Source: a virus (lineage: Duplodnaviria > Caudoviricetes). Taken from it: DNA of 56,556 nucleotides. The translations under genes were made by a program, and so were the position numbers. The stretch is taken from IMG/VR virus record IMGVR_UViG_3300045944_000167, positions 1 through 56,556 of that record. The stretch is one strand, 5' to 3'. Positions 7,530-17,691 of the stretch are shown here, one piece after another (the first letter of the stretch is position 1; each line of letters opens with the position of its first letter). The notes beneath the pieces were generated by a model. The model worked only from the letters and a program-made list of their open reading frames with translations. It was not told the origin of the DNA and ran no database searches.

Positions 7530-8650
7530 GCGCCCTCCAATTTGCCGACGCGCTCGGCCAACTCCTTGACCGCGTTGACGAGCGCGTAAACGAGCGGCCC
7601 GGAATCGAGCGTTCGCATGTCGCTGAATTCCAGATCGCCAACCTTGTCGGCCTTAGTTGTCACAATCTCGGGCATGGCGCGCTCGGCTTCCTGCCCAATC
7701 AGCCCAACATACTTAATCGCAGTATCGCGCCCGGTCTCGGCTTTGAACGTGTAGCTCACCGGGCGCAGCGCCAGCACCGCATCAAGCCCGCTCGTATAGT
7801 CCGCAATGTTATCCTTTATGCGCCCGTCGGAACTGTCGGTCCACGGCCCGCCGCCGGGCTTGTAGCCCATCCCGCCGATACTGAAATTGCCATTGGGGTC
7901 GCAAGAGAAGGGCGACGCATTGTCCCAAGTTCTATAAGTCAAATATCCAACGTCAAACTCCAAGCGCCAGCCCGAACTCTCAAACCGTAAAGCGGGCTTC
8001 GCCCCAGGGACAAGCCCAAACCCACCCGTGGTCGTAATGGTCCCGTTTCCGACAATCGGCCCGCTGAAATTGTGCGACGGCGCGGTGTAGGTGATGGCCC
8101 GCGCCGTGCCCGCTCCTCCCGTCGTAGATAGCAACGCGGCTTCTGCCGCGTTTACGTAGAGCATCAACACATTCCTGTTAGTTTGATCTGATTGATCCGA
8201 ATCTAACCTCACCACACTATCTCCCGCCGCCAGCGGGGTTATCGTCAACGACGACGATGCGGCACTGGCGGCGAAGTCATGCGCTTTCTTGCCGCCCGCC
8301 GCCATACTGATATTCCCCGCGCTCCTGCGATACCATCCTAGCCCCGGCTCGCTCGCGAACGCGATTGCAGGCGCAGTTACCGAGCCGTCAGGAAAGAGCG
8401 TCGGGCTTCGCTGATTCGTCGTCGGGTTAATCCCGTTGATAATTACATCGCCCGTAGATGTGGACATCTTCAGTAGCCAATCCGCGCCGTTCGTCTGATC
8501 GACCCATAGCAAGCCCGGCGTTGCATATGCAGGGCGCGCAACACCCGCATGCGTCGTGTGCAGCGCGTCGCGCCACTGGTTCAAGTCGGCGGCGAGCTCG
8601 GTGCCGGTCTTGACGTTCGGGTCGATGGTGCCGAAATTGAATTGGCTCAT
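7526..8650 (-). CDS. Tail fibre with C-terminal S74 intramolecular chaperone
   Basis: SDGRIKDNI..GLIGQE..LVNAVKEL..LE. Confidence 0.88.
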   Translation of the reverse strand: MSQFNFGTIDPNVKTGTELAADLNQWRDALHTTHAGVARPAYATPGLLWVDQTNGADWLLKMSTSTGDVIINGINPTTNQRSPTLFPDGSVTAPAIAFASEPGLGWYRRSAGNISMAAGGKKAHDFAASAASSSLTITPLAAGDSVVRLDSDQSDQTNRNVLMLYVNAAEAALLSTTGGAGTARAITYTAPSHNFSGPIVGNGTITTTGGFGLVPGAKPALRFESSGWRLEFDVGYLTYRTWDNASPFSCDPNGNFSIGGMGYKPGGGPWTDSSDGRIKDNIADYTSGLDAVLALRPVSYTFKAETGRDTAIKYVGLIGQEAERAMPEIVTTKADKVGDLEFSDMRTLDSGPLVYALVNAVKELAERVGKLEGA

Positions 8651-11600
8651 GCTGCCCTCCTGGTAATTACTCTAGCTACCGGCTGACGGCGCGGGCCCGC
8701 TCGCCTGCGGAGCATCCCCTCGACGATGCGGGTGCTCTGCGCGCCGTAGCCCTTGGCGAGCCAGTCGAACTGGCGCGCGACCGATGCGCCGCCGTTCAGG
8801 AACTCGATGTCGAAGCCGTTGCGGTCGGCGTTGGTGATGACGTGCGTATCGCCCGCACTCACGCTGTCGCTGGTGATCGCGATTGCCGGGCGCTCCTTGA
8901 ACGCGGGCTCGTAGAGAACGCGCATGCCGCCGATCGGACAGGCCACGTCGTAGACGCCATCGATGCGGTCGGTCATGTCGATCTCGATCACCGCGCCCGT
9001 GATCGACGCGCCCACGTCCGCGACCGCGTCCGGGCCAATGTATTCGGCGATCAGGCGGAACTGGAACACCTGGCCGATGTAGTCGCCGACCTGGAAGCGC
9101 CGCCACGGCCCGAAGTCGGACTCGCCGAAGCCGATCGGCACCGCGCTCGCAAGCGGCGTCCAGTCGGCCATCACGTTCGCGACCGTCACCCATCTGATTT
9201 CGTGCCACACGTCGATCAGCTCGGCGATGTTCGAGCCGTCGCCCGTGTCCAGCACGACCGAGCCCGCGATCGGCGCGGCACTCGCGAGGGGCACCCAGCG
9301 CGCCATGACGGAATTGAAACTCACGCCGCCCGCAATGATCTTGCTGGTAAAGCGCGTCTGGTAGATCGCGCCCCCGTCGTAGAGTTCGTCGTAGTAATAC
9401 TCGGCGCGCTGGTGATAGACGCCATCGGAGAGCGCGATCGTGCGCAGGTTACCGCCTGCGACCTCGAAATTGCCCTTTGACCCCGGCCAGCCCTCGGGCT
9501 TGTCGTCCCAGGTCGCGATGACGTTCAGCTGCCAGATGTTCTCGCCGGGCGTGAACGCCGCGGCGAAGCCGTCCGAGCGGTTGCCGCTCGTGTCCACGCA
9601 CTTGATGAAGTAGGTTCCGAGGCGCGTGGGCACGTCCATCGAGCGCGTCGGGTAGGCGATCTGCGGCGCGAGCACCGTAGACTGCGCGTAGCTCGCGTCC
9701 TCGATCAGCGGCGAATAGCGGACCTCGTAATAGTCCACGTCCGGCGCGGCAGGATGATCCCAGTTGAGCGTGATGGTGTCGCGCTTGAGGTCGAGATCGA
9801 GATACGGCGGCGGCGCAGGCTTCGTCGTGTCGCCGATGATGGTGTCGCAGGTCGCGGGCGTTTCCGAGAGCGTGCGCTTTGCGCCGAAGGAATTGACCCC
9901 GAGCACGCGCACGCAGAAGCGCGTGCCGACGTAGTGGCGCATGGTCGCGACATCGATCGCGTGTATCCACTCGAAGTTCGGCGACGCGCTCCTCCCGAGC
10001 AGAACCGGCGCGCCCGTCGTGTTGAGATCCCAGTCGAGCCAGATTTCGTAGTTGACGAAGATCGGCGCGACGTATTGCCGCCAGTCGAAGCTGATCGTCA
10101 GCAGAGGCCGGCGCGCGGCGTAGACCAGCGTCTGCAGGATCGTCACGCGCGGGATCGGCGGGGGCGCGATGAGCGACAGGTCGTCGTCTACGACCGGATC
10201 GTATGGCGGGATCGCGCCCTGGTCCGCGCCGAAGATCGCCGCGCCCGCGTAGGGGACGAGCGTCAGGGTAGCGGCGGCGTCGGACTGCGGGGCGATGGCG
10301 GCGACGAGGAACGGATAGGTGATGTGGTCCATCTCGCCCCACACGTGCAGGTCGCCCACTTGCACGTTGCCGATGGGCGATACGGGCGCGACGGTGTAGG
10401 CGTCCAACTGCGCGCCGAACTGGCCCTGCTGGATTACGCCGTTAACCGAGCGGATGGTGTAGCCGAAGCCGCCGGGGTTGCCGCCGAAGTCCACCGGCTC
10501 GGTGAGCGTCCACTGGTCCGCAAGCCCGCCCCCGGTGTAATGCACGTCCTTGATGCGCGAGGGGAGACCGCCGAGCTTCGGCACGTCGTGCGCCACGTGC
10601 ACGAGATCGCCGCGCGTGCAGATGAGGTTCTCCCAGTCAACCTCGAGCGTCCAGGATTCCTGGCGGTGGATGCCCTGCGCCATGCGGTAGCGCGCGTCGC
10701 ACCAGACCTGCCCCTCGCGCGTGACGCCGGGGAGCTCGATGACCTCGAACACGCTCGAATTGCCGAGGCTGTAGCCGTCGTTATAGACGGTGAACTCCTC
10801 CACTTTCCAGCTCGCGCTGTTCATGAACTTGGCGCGGAAGGCGTGCGGCGCCTCGATGAAGGTGCGCGTGCCCTTGAAGCCGATCGAATTGTGCGGCGTG
10901 AAAACCTGCACGGGCGTCGTCTTCGGCTGGTCGATGATGACGCGGAAGAGGCCGTCGCCCGGCGCGAGCGTCGCGCGGCCCGCCGCGCTGATGGTCTGCG
11001 CCAGCGCGAAGAGCGTCGTGTAGTAATCGACGACGTGATCGAAGCGCGCCCGCGCATCGCCCGTGCTCGGATGGATCGAGTCGCAGTAATTCGCCCACGC
11101 CTCGAAGCTTGCGAGGTCGAGCTTCGCCTGCGCGACGGGGCGCTTGTTCATCTTCCCGGTCAGCACCTCCCACAGGCACCATGCGGGATTCCTCGAGAGC
11201 TCGTAGGACCACGCGCCGCCGCGCCTTACCCACAGATAGGACTGCGCGAAGCACGACAGATCCTCCAGCGTGCCGTTCACCTGGTCGTTAGCCTTGACGC
11301 GGAGCTCGAGGAGCGTGTGCTCGTTCCTGAGATTGATCGCCGGCACCGTGCCGCTGATCGAGGAGACGCCCGCGAAGATCATGTCGCCGTAGGTGAACTG
11401 CTCGTCGCCCGCGCCCTGCGTCTGGCGCGCCCGGATCGAGAATCGCTGGCCCTCGACGTGTCCCGCGGTCGGGCGCACCGTGACCGAGAGCGCCAGTTGC
11501 TGGATGCGGGAATCGCGGATCTCGTAGGTGTTTGTCGCCGTGTGATAGGCCAGCACCGTCTGCGGCGGGTCGTATTGATACCACTCGCCGCCGTCGCCGT

Positions 11601-12903
11601 CGAAATGCGTTACCTGCGTGACGAACTCGGTCTGCAGCGGCGGCGAAATGGTATGCGACTGCGCCGAGGTCGTGACGTTGCCGAGAATCGTGTAGGTCGT
11701 GCCGTTGTAGATGAAGGTCGAGCCATACGGCAGCGGGACCGACTGCGAGCGCAGCTCGAGCGCCTGCGCTCCGGGCAGATAGCCGGTCGTGCTCGAGGTG
11801 ACGCGCATGGCGCGCAGGTCACCGTCGCCGCCGTCGTCGGGGTTGCCCCAGGAGCCTTCCTGGCGCAGGAGCTCGCCGCCCGTCACTTCGACATTCGCGG
11901 AATCGGTGTCGGGCATGATGTCGCGCGACGAATGCCAGTAGTGCGCGGACTGGACCGGATACCACGCGCCCGATCCGTAGGGCGACCACTCGATCTGGAA
12001 GCGCACGATGTTCTGACCCTGCGCGCCGGTGTCCCGGTTGATCGTGGCGACCCCGGTCGGGAAGACGAAGGTCGCGACGAAGTAGGCCGTGTCGGGCTGC
12101 GTGTCCACGGTGCTCCAGCCGTCGTTGAGTATCAGGCTGTAGGCGTCCTCGTGGCGCGCGCCCCAATACCAGAGGAGCCCCGGCGTCTTGGTGTTGCGGT
12201 GGACGTAGTAGCTGGCATTCTGGAAGTAACCGATATGGCTAGCGCCGATGCGGACGTCGCTCACTTCGTAGTCGCCCGCGCCGATGTCGTAGAGCGTCGT
12301 CAGGTATTGATCGTCGCCCCATATTTCCGAGTAGGGCCGGCCGGCGATGACGGGATAGATGCGGTGCGTCCCGAAGATGCGCCGCACCGGGCCGTAGGGG
12401 TCGAGCAGGTTCGACTGCCCCTGCAATGAATAGGTCGGCGAGGACGAGGAGGAGCTCGTCGAGGCGCTCGCCGCGGAGATCGACGGCTGCGAGGGCTTGA
12501 AGATCGCGCCAAGCGCCATGTTCGCGACGAAGCCGATCGCCGTGCCGAGCGCAGCTTGTGCAGTGATGCCGAACGCGAGCACCGTGCCGCCTGAAGCCCC
12601 AAGTATTGCGCCCGCGGCCATCGGCGCGACGATGGCGATCGCGATCGAGGCGATGAGCGCGAGCGGGTTCTTCTTGCCGCCGCCCTTGCCCGGCACGATG
12701 GCGACGATGACCTGAGCGTGCTCCTTCGGCGTGACGTGCGCCCACAGGTGCCGCGGCACCGGGACGCCGTTGATCGCGCACAGCACGTATTCGCGGTCGA
12801 TCCCGGCCGGCGCAAAGCCCTCGACCAGTTGGGCGCAGGTCAGCCCCTCCTCGGCAAAGCCGAGAGAGCGCCGCTTGTCGAGGCGCTGCGTCAGGACTTC
12901 CAC
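8647..12903 (-). CDS. Central tail tip / host-specificity protein (lambda J-like, with I-like N-terminus)
   Basis: 1418 aa; PYGPVRRIFG, SRNPAW, FnIII-like segments; follows NlpC/P60. Confidence 0.88.
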   Translation of the reverse strand: MEVLTQRLDKRRSLGFAEEGLTCAQLVEGFAPAGIDREYVLCAINGVPVPRHLWAHVTPKEHAQVIVAIVPGKGGGKKNPLALIASIAIAIVAPMAAGAILGASGGTVLAFGITAQAALGTAIGFVANMALGAIFKPSQPSISAASASTSSSSSSPTYSLQGQSNLLDPYGPVRRIFGTHRIYPVIAGRPYSEIWGDDQYLTTLYDIGAGDYEVSDVRIGASHIGYFQNASYYVHRNTKTPGLLWYWGARHEDAYSLILNDGWSTVDTQPDTAYFVATFVFPTGVATINRDTGAQGQNIVRFQIEWSPYGSGAWYPVQSAHYWHSSRDIMPDTDSANVEVTGGELLRQEGSWGNPDDGGDGDLRAMRVTSSTTGYLPGAQALELRSQSVPLPYGSTFIYNGTTYTILGNVTTSAQSHTISPPLQTEFVTQVTHFDGDGGEWYQYDPPQTVLAYHTATNTYEIRDSRIQQLALSVTVRPTAGHVEGQRFSIRARQTQGAGDEQFTYGDMIFAGVSSISGTVPAINLRNEHTLLELRVKANDQVNGTLEDLSCFAQSYLWVRRGGAWSYELSRNPAWCLWEVLTGKMNKRPVAQAKLDLASFEAWANYCDSIHPSTGDARARFDHVVDYYTTLFALAQTISAAGRATLAPGDGLFRVIIDQPKTTPVQVFTPHNSIGFKGTRTFIEAPHAFRAKFMNSASWKVEEFTVYNDGYSLGNSSVFEVIELPGVTREGQVWCDARYRMAQGIHRQESWTLEVDWENLICTRGDLVHVAHDVPKLGGLPSRIKDVHYTGGGLADQWTLTEPVDFGGNPGGFGYTIRSVNGVIQQGQFGAQLDAYTVAPVSPIGNVQVGDLHVWGEMDHITYPFLVAAIAPQSDAAATLTLVPYAGAAIFGADQGAIPPYDPVVDDDLSLIAPPPIPRVTILQTLVYAARRPLLTISFDWRQYVAPIFVNYEIWLDWDLNTTGAPVLLGRSASPNFEWIHAIDVATMRHYVGTRFCVRVLGVNSFGAKRTLSETPATCDTIIGDTTKPAPPPYLDLDLKRDTITLNWDHPAAPDVDYYEVRYSPLIEDASYAQSTVLAPQIAYPTRSMDVPTRLGTYFIKCVDTSGNRSDGFAAAFTPGENIWQLNVIATWDDKPEGWPGSKGNFEVAGGNLRTIALSDGVYHQRAEYYYDELYDGGAIYQTRFTSKIIAGGVSFNSVMARWVPLASAAPIAGSVVLDTGDGSNIAELIDVWHEIRWVTVANVMADWTPLASAVPIGFGESDFGPWRRFQVGDYIGQVFQFRLIAEYIGPDAVADVGASITGAVIEIDMTDRIDGVYDVACPIGGMRVLYEPAFKERPAIAITSDSVSAGDTHVITNADRNGFDIEFLNGGASVARQFDWLAKGYGAQSTRIVEGMLRRRAGPRRQPVARVITRRAA

Positions 12904-13286
12904 CGATACACCCCGTAGATGCGGTTTCGCCAGCGCAGGCTGTCCACCGACTCGATGACCGAGTTGTGCCCCTGGTCGATGTGCAGCATCTTCCCTTCCT
13001 CGAGATAGACCGCGCAGTGCCAGGGGCCGCGCGCGATGCGAAAAATCAGCACGTCCCCGAACGCCGGCGGGTCCACCGCCCGCCAGTCGGGAATGGCACG
13101 AACGAACGCGCCGCTCGCCGAGTCCGGATCGAGCGAGGAGTCATAGAGCGCCAGGTAGTCGGGGAGCTCGCGCCCGAGCTCCTGCTTGTGGAAGTAGCGC
13201 ACGAGCTGCCAGCAGTCGAGCCCGGTCGCCGGGTCGGTGCCCTTGTCCTTGTAGGGAATGCCGACGTAACGGGTGAAGTCGCGCAT
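12891..13286 (-). CDS. NlpC/P60 tail protein (lambda K-like)
   Basis: YVGIPY..GLDCWQLV..HCAVY..MLH. Confidence 0.88.
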   Translation of the reverse strand: MRDFTRYVGIPYKDKGTDPATGLDCWQLVRYFHKQELGRELPDYLALYDSSLDPDSASGAFVRAIPDWRAVDPPAFGDVLIFRIARGPWHCAVYLEEGKMLHIDQGHNSVIESVDSLRWRNRIYGVYRWKS

Positions 13287-13759
13287 CAGAAAAAGATGCC
13301 CGGAAATTGCGCGGGGTCGTAGCTGTCTGCCGGATACGGCGCGTTCAGCAGATCGCCCGACACGAGCCGCCCGCTGATCGTCTGCATGTCGTAGCTGATG
13401 TCCATCAGCTGCATGTCCGTCAGGCTCTGCTCGATCACGTCCGGCGTCATCGACAGCACGGCATACAGGTTGATGCTCGGCGCGCTCGCGAGCCCGCGTA
13501 TCACGTCGATCAGCACTCGGTCGACGTTGGTGAACTCGACTTCCGCGCTCGGCAGGGTCTGCCCGTCGTCGATGGCGAGCGTCACCCTGAACTCGTAACG
13601 GGTCCACACGACGCCGAGCGCAACGATGTCTTCGGTATTGTTGACGAAGCGATAGGGAACGGGGAGCTCCGGGTGCGCGATCTCGATAAGATAAAACCAC
13701 GCCGAGCCGCTCTGGAGCGAATTGATCTGTATTACGGCATTGGCGGAAAGCGACCTCAC
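13286..13759 (-). CDS. Tail tip protein (DUF1833 / L-position)
   Basis: LIEIAHPEL..RFVNNTEDI..FPGIF; GTG start overlapping upstream stop. Confidence 0.8.
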   Translation of the reverse strand: MRSLSANAVIQINSLQSGSAWFYLIEIAHPELPVPYRFVNNTEDIVALGVVWTRYEFRVTLAIDDGQTLPSAEVEFTNVDRVLIDVIRGLASAPSINLYAVLSMTPDVIEQSLTDMQLMDISYDMQTISGRLVSGDLLNAPYPADSYDPAQFPGIFF

Positions 13760-14112
13760 GGCAGGAGCTCGAGCCGGAACGCCGCGCGCCAGGCGATGCC
13801 GAGCGCGGTGTAGACGGGCGGCGAGGCGAAGCGGAAGAGCAGCATTGCCCCGGTGATCGGATGCGCCATCGAGATGGTGTCGGTGCCGCCCTGGCAGGTG
13901 ATGTAGTAGAAGTCGCGCAGGCTCTGATACTCGGCGGCGTCGCGCAGCACGATGTTGCACTCGTAGGTCCGCACCGGATTGATGAAGCGCCGGCGCACCT
14001 TGGGCGGCCCGGTGTCCATGTCGCTGCGGATCGTCACTTCCTGCGGCGTCTCGGTGAACGCATCGGAGGTGAACGCCTCGCTGATGTTGGGCGGCCACGG
14101 GTTCGCTGGCAT
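13756..14112 (-). CDS. Distal tail protein (M-position)
   Basis: IRSDMDTGPPKVRRRF; immediately after tape measure. Confidence 0.8.
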   Translation of the reverse strand: MPANPWPPNISEAFTSDAFTETPQEVTIRSDMDTGPPKVRRRFINPVRTYECNIVLRDAAEYQSLRDFYYITCQGGTDTISMAHPITGAMLLFRFASPPVYTALGIAWRAAFRLELLP

Positions 14113-16268
14113 CAGCGCGCTCCCTGGCGGTTCAAGCCGTAGGTCGAGCCCATCACGCCGTCGAACGCGCCCGAGCGGAAGCCCGCCGAGACGGCATCGC
14201 GCACCATGATCTCGATCATGCGGTTCCCGTTCACGTCCCGGCTGCTCTTCGTCTCCACCTGCGCGCGCGTTTCGTTGTAGACGTTGACAGTCACGCCCGC
14301 ACCGCTCGCATCGACGCCCAACGATCCGTCGGGGCCGCGCGAGAGCGGCATGATCGCTTCCGGTCCCGCTTCAGCGAATACGCCGCCCTTGGCGAAGGTG
14401 AACGCGCGCGGCGAGTCGTAGACGCCATTGGAATACTTGGAGAGCGACGGTGAGTTCGTGAACACGCCGCCCTTAGCCCACGGCCCTCCGGGCGGCACGT
14501 CTGAGGGCGTCGAATAGTTGCCGAACATGCTTGCGAGATTGACGCCCTTCAGCCATTCCTTGAACTGGCGCATCATCGGTTCCATGATGAGCATCTGCGT
14601 CGCCATCTTCGCCATGTCGCGCAGGATCGATGTCACCATGTCGGAGAACGACTGCTTGGCGTCCTTCGCGCCGCTGGCGAAGTCCACCAGTGAATCCGCC
14701 ATCGACTTGGCATAGCCGTCGATTTTGTCGGCGAGTTTTTCGAAGAGTTCGTCGTCCTTTTTAACGCCGTATTGCACTTTGTCGTTCGCCTCGCGGAAGG
14801 CGTCGGTGCGGCGCAGAATGGCTTCCCGCAGCTCTGCCTCGCGTTCAGGCAGCAACGCGATCAGCTCGTAGTATCGGGCGATGTCATCGTTGAACTTTTC
14901 CCACTCGCTGCGCTGCCCCTCGATGATGCCCTTCACTTCGTCCATCAGCTTTGCGCGCTCTTTGATTTTCTTGTTTTGCTGTTCGGCCGCAGCGATCTGC
15001 TGCACGAGTTGATATGCCTGTTCAGCTTCCCTTGGCGTCAGCTTCGCGAGCGAATCGGTGTAGTTCTTGATCGCCTTGTCGAGTTCGGGATACTCCGACT
15101 CGGCGCGTTGCACCGCGGCGAGATGGTCGTTCAGCGCCTCGGTCAGTTTCTCGTATTCGGTTTTCTCCTTTTTCTTGTCCTTCTTGTCCGTCAGCGCCGC
15201 CCGCACCTTTTTGTCGTTGTTCGCTACGGCCTCGGTGTGATGCCTGATAGAGTCGGTCGTGTCGTCAAGGGTGTCCTTGAACCCGAGAATGTTTTTCTGC
15301 GTCTCCGCATAAGCCGCGTCGTTTTTCTCCAGATTGGCGACCATCGACTCGAAGTAGCTGGCCGCAGTCTTGCGCTCGCCGATGAACAGATTCGCGGCGG
15401 TCATCATCACGCCGTAGATCACCTCCCCGAGCTGGCGGAACACATGCACGACACCGACGACGGTCGCAGTGAGCCCGCGCAGGAATACGCCGAGCGCCTT
15501 GCCTACGCCCTCGAATGCGCTCGCGCCCTCGCGTGCCCCTTGGAATGCCTGCAGCACGTCCATCAGCGCAGGCTGGAGACCGAGGACCATCTCCCTGCCG
15601 AGCGCGGCGGTCTGTTCCTGCGCGGTCTTGATCGCGTTGTCGAGGTCGCTGATCCCCTGCGCGGCGTCCTCGGTCAGCACGAGCCCGAGTTCCTTCGCCT
15701 TGTCGATTGCGGCCTGCATCCCCGCTGCGCCCTGTTCCAGCAGGGGGCGCAACTGCAGCCCCGCCTTGCCGAAAACTTCCAGCAGTGCATTCGCCCGCAG
15801 CGCAGGGTCGTGGATGGTCTTGAATGCTTCGGCGAAGTCCTTCAGCACTTCGACTGCCGGTTTCGTCTTGTCGATCTTCAGCGCATCGAGGACTTTGAAT
15901 CCCTTGTCCTCGGTGTTGACCATCGCCTTCTGCAGCTCCTTCATGCCGGTCTCGAGACCGGACAGCTCCAAGTCGGCCTGACGCGCGGCGTAGGCGAGCG
16001 CGGAGAATTCCTCGACCGGGACTCCGGTGCGCTGCGCTGCAGCTCCCAGCTCATCGAACTTCGAGATGACGCTGTCGATGGCGGATATGACCGCTCCGAC
16101 GGAGAGGGCAGAGGCGAGCCCGACTGCGAAATTCTTGATGGTGTCGCCTGCCGACTTGAATCCCTGTTCGATTGCGCTCGTGCTGCTTTGCAGCTTCTTC
16201 AACTGCGCGAGGGAATCCTGCGCGAGCTTTACCTGCAGCTCGTAGATGCGAGTGACGTTCTCGGCCAT
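14112..16268 (-). CDS. Tape measure protein (718 aa)
   Basis: Ala-rich helical; lambda-family C-terminal FAKGG..EAGPEAIMPL. Confidence 0.92.
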   Translation of the reverse strand: MAENVTRIYELQVKLAQDSLAQLKKLQSSTSAIEQGFKSAGDTIKNFAVGLASALSVGAVISAIDSVISKFDELGAAAQRTGVPVEEFSALAYAARQADLELSGLETGMKELQKAMVNTEDKGFKVLDALKIDKTKPAVEVLKDFAEAFKTIHDPALRANALLEVFGKAGLQLRPLLEQGAAGMQAAIDKAKELGLVLTEDAAQGISDLDNAIKTAQEQTAALGREMVLGLQPALMDVLQAFQGAREGASAFEGVGKALGVFLRGLTATVVGVVHVFRQLGEVIYGVMMTAANLFIGERKTAASYFESMVANLEKNDAAYAETQKNILGFKDTLDDTTDSIRHHTEAVANNDKKVRAALTDKKDKKKEKTEYEKLTEALNDHLAAVQRAESEYPELDKAIKNYTDSLAKLTPREAEQAYQLVQQIAAAEQQNKKIKERAKLMDEVKGIIEGQRSEWEKFNDDIARYYELIALLPEREAELREAILRRTDAFREANDKVQYGVKKDDELFEKLADKIDGYAKSMADSLVDFASGAKDAKQSFSDMVTSILRDMAKMATQMLIMEPMMRQFKEWLKGVNLASMFGNYSTPSDVPPGGPWAKGGVFTNSPSLSKYSNGVYDSPRAFTFAKGGVFAEAGPEAIMPLSRGPDGSLGVDASGAGVTVNVYNETRAQVETKSSRDVNGNRMIEIMVRDAVSAGFRSGAFDGVMGSTYGLNRQGAR

Positions 16269-16269
16269 G

Positions 16270-17001
16270 TCAGCGCCCCCGTCCGCGCACCTTCATGCGG
16301 ACCTTGATCGCGGGGATGCGGTCCACGGCGGTGCGCCCGCCGATGTTGAGGTTTTGCACGCGCAGGTAGACGAACAGGACATCGAGCGCGCGGTAACGTG
16401 ACTGCACCCGCTTGGCGCTCACCTCAAAGACTGAGGCCGCGACCATCTGCGGCTTCGTTTTGGTAGCCGCAGCGTAGCGGCGCAGCACCTTGTTCCTGGT
16501 GCGCCGCTCCAGCCGGTTTCCGCCCTTGCCATACCACTGCCAGCGGCGCACGTGGACCAGCGGCAGGGTCACGTAGAGGTCGAGCGCAGCAGGGTTAGGC
16601 GTGGTCGCCGCGATAGCCTTCGGCTCACAGGGAGAGACTGCGCCGCCCCTGCCGATGCTGTAGTAGAACGCCAGAGCCCCGAGGGTGCGCCCGCTCACGC
16701 GCCTACCGGCGCGGACCAGCTCATCACGCGCGGCGTAGATCGCATCGGACATGGACTTGCGGTCAGCGAACCAGACGATGACGGATCGCTGCGCCTGCGA
16801 CACGTCGCCGCGCTTGCCATCGACCAGCATCCCGGTCGGCTTGTTCCCGATGCCTGCCTGATCGTGAATCTCCTGCAGCGCGATCCCGCGCAGGACGAAC
16901 TGATAGTCCTTTTCCGCTACCTGCAGGATGTCCTTGTAGAGCGCACCTCGCTGCGTCGAACTAATGACGGGAACGTGTGCGACTGCTGGGAGACTTGCCA
17001 C
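16270..17001 (-). CDS. Conserved basic hypothetical protein (possible displaced tail-completion protein)
   Basis: 243 aa, homolog 45572-46306; GTG start. Confidence 0.7.
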   Translation of the reverse strand: MASLPAVAHVPVISSTQRGALYKDILQVAEKDYQFVLRGIALQEIHDQAGIGNKPTGMLVDGKRGDVSQAQRSVIVWFADRKSMSDAIYAARDELVRAGRRVSGRTLGALAFYYSIGRGGAVSPCEPKAIAATTPNPAALDLYVTLPLVHVRRWQWYGKGGNRLERRTRNKVLRRYAAATKTKPQMVAASVFEVSAKRVQSRYRALDVLFVYLRVQNLNIGGRTAVDRIPAIKVRMKVRGRGR

Positions 17002-17284
17002 GCTTCTGATCCCCTTTCGCTACGTGCTCGTTCAGCATTGCCGCTGCGCGTCGCAGCACAGGTGCCAGCCATTCGAGCTCGATCCCGTAGTGGTTGCACC
17101 ATTCACGCACCCGCCACCACGGCGCGGCGCCTCCGAGGTCAATCCAGGCATCCATCGCAGGCAGGAGCCACAGCGGCACTTCGGGCCGGGACTCCAGCGC
17201 GGGGATGCGCTTGCCGCGCGCCTGCGCCTTTTCGAGCTGTTCCACGTGTGCGCCATACTGTTCGTGCCATATCAGGATTTTCCC
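16961..17284 (-). CDS. Tail assembly chaperone -1 frameshift extension (gpGT-like)
   Basis: Slippery GGGAAAA at 17284-17278; -1 frame reads KILIWHEQYGAH.., conserved in other unit. Confidence 0.8.
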   Translation of the reverse strand, partial: GKILIWHEQYGAHVEQLEKAQARGKRIPALESRPEVPLWLLPAMDAWIDLGGAAPWWRVREWCNHYGIELEWLAPVLRRAAAMLNEHVAKGDQKRGKSPSSRTRSRH

Positions 17285-17691
17285 AAGAGCTCGCCGTCCT
17301 CCTGAGCGGCGAGCGGGCGGAACCGTTCACGGTCGAGCGCGGCTTCACGGATGCGATCCCAAATATCGGGGCAGTCCTCCATGAGCTTGATGCAGCTTTC
17401 CCTGCTGAACTCCAGCTCGTGCCCGTTACCGTTCGTGACGTTTTTCCATCCCAGGATCACGCAGTCAGCGAACGCCTCGATCAGGATGGATTCGTGGACC
17501 TCGAACGCTTTTATCCCGTCGCCCTGCAGCTCCTCACGGTGCCGCCCCGCCGCCATTGCGAGCGCGTAGCGGTATCCGCGATTCGAGGCACTGGCAGAGC
17601 GCACCGTGAATTCCATGTCGTCTATTTGCACGACGGCGCCCTGCGCCTCACGCGCGCGATCGATCGCATACTTGTCGCGCGGGTTACTCAC
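17272..17691 (-). CDS. Tail assembly chaperone (gpG-like)
   Basis: ILGWKNV..LEFSRE; ends LGKS at slippery site; follows tail tube. Confidence 0.85.
   Translation of the reverse strand: MSNPRDKYAIDRAREAQGAVVQIDDMEFTVRSASASNRGYRYALAMAAGRHREELQGDGIKAFEVHESILIEAFADCVILGWKNVTNGNGHELEFSRESCIKLMEDCPDIWDRIREAALDRERFRPLAAQEDGELLGKS

Noticed and set aside
7526-8650. Diversity-generating retroelement or invertible fibre cassette
   Set aside because: No reverse transcriptase or invertase; differences between fibres are not adenine-specific
9754-12429. 891-aa plus-strand ORF and other long antisense or alternate-frame ORFs (e.g. 14772-16307, 20690-22297, 23212-24681, 25501-26979)
   Set aside because: Shadows of high-GC coding genes; no motifs, and ORF boundaries are not conserved between the two units
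12891-13286. NlpC/P60 as the endolysin
   Set aside because: Sits between L-like and J-like genes as lambda K-type tail assembly proteins do; a lysis role is not supported
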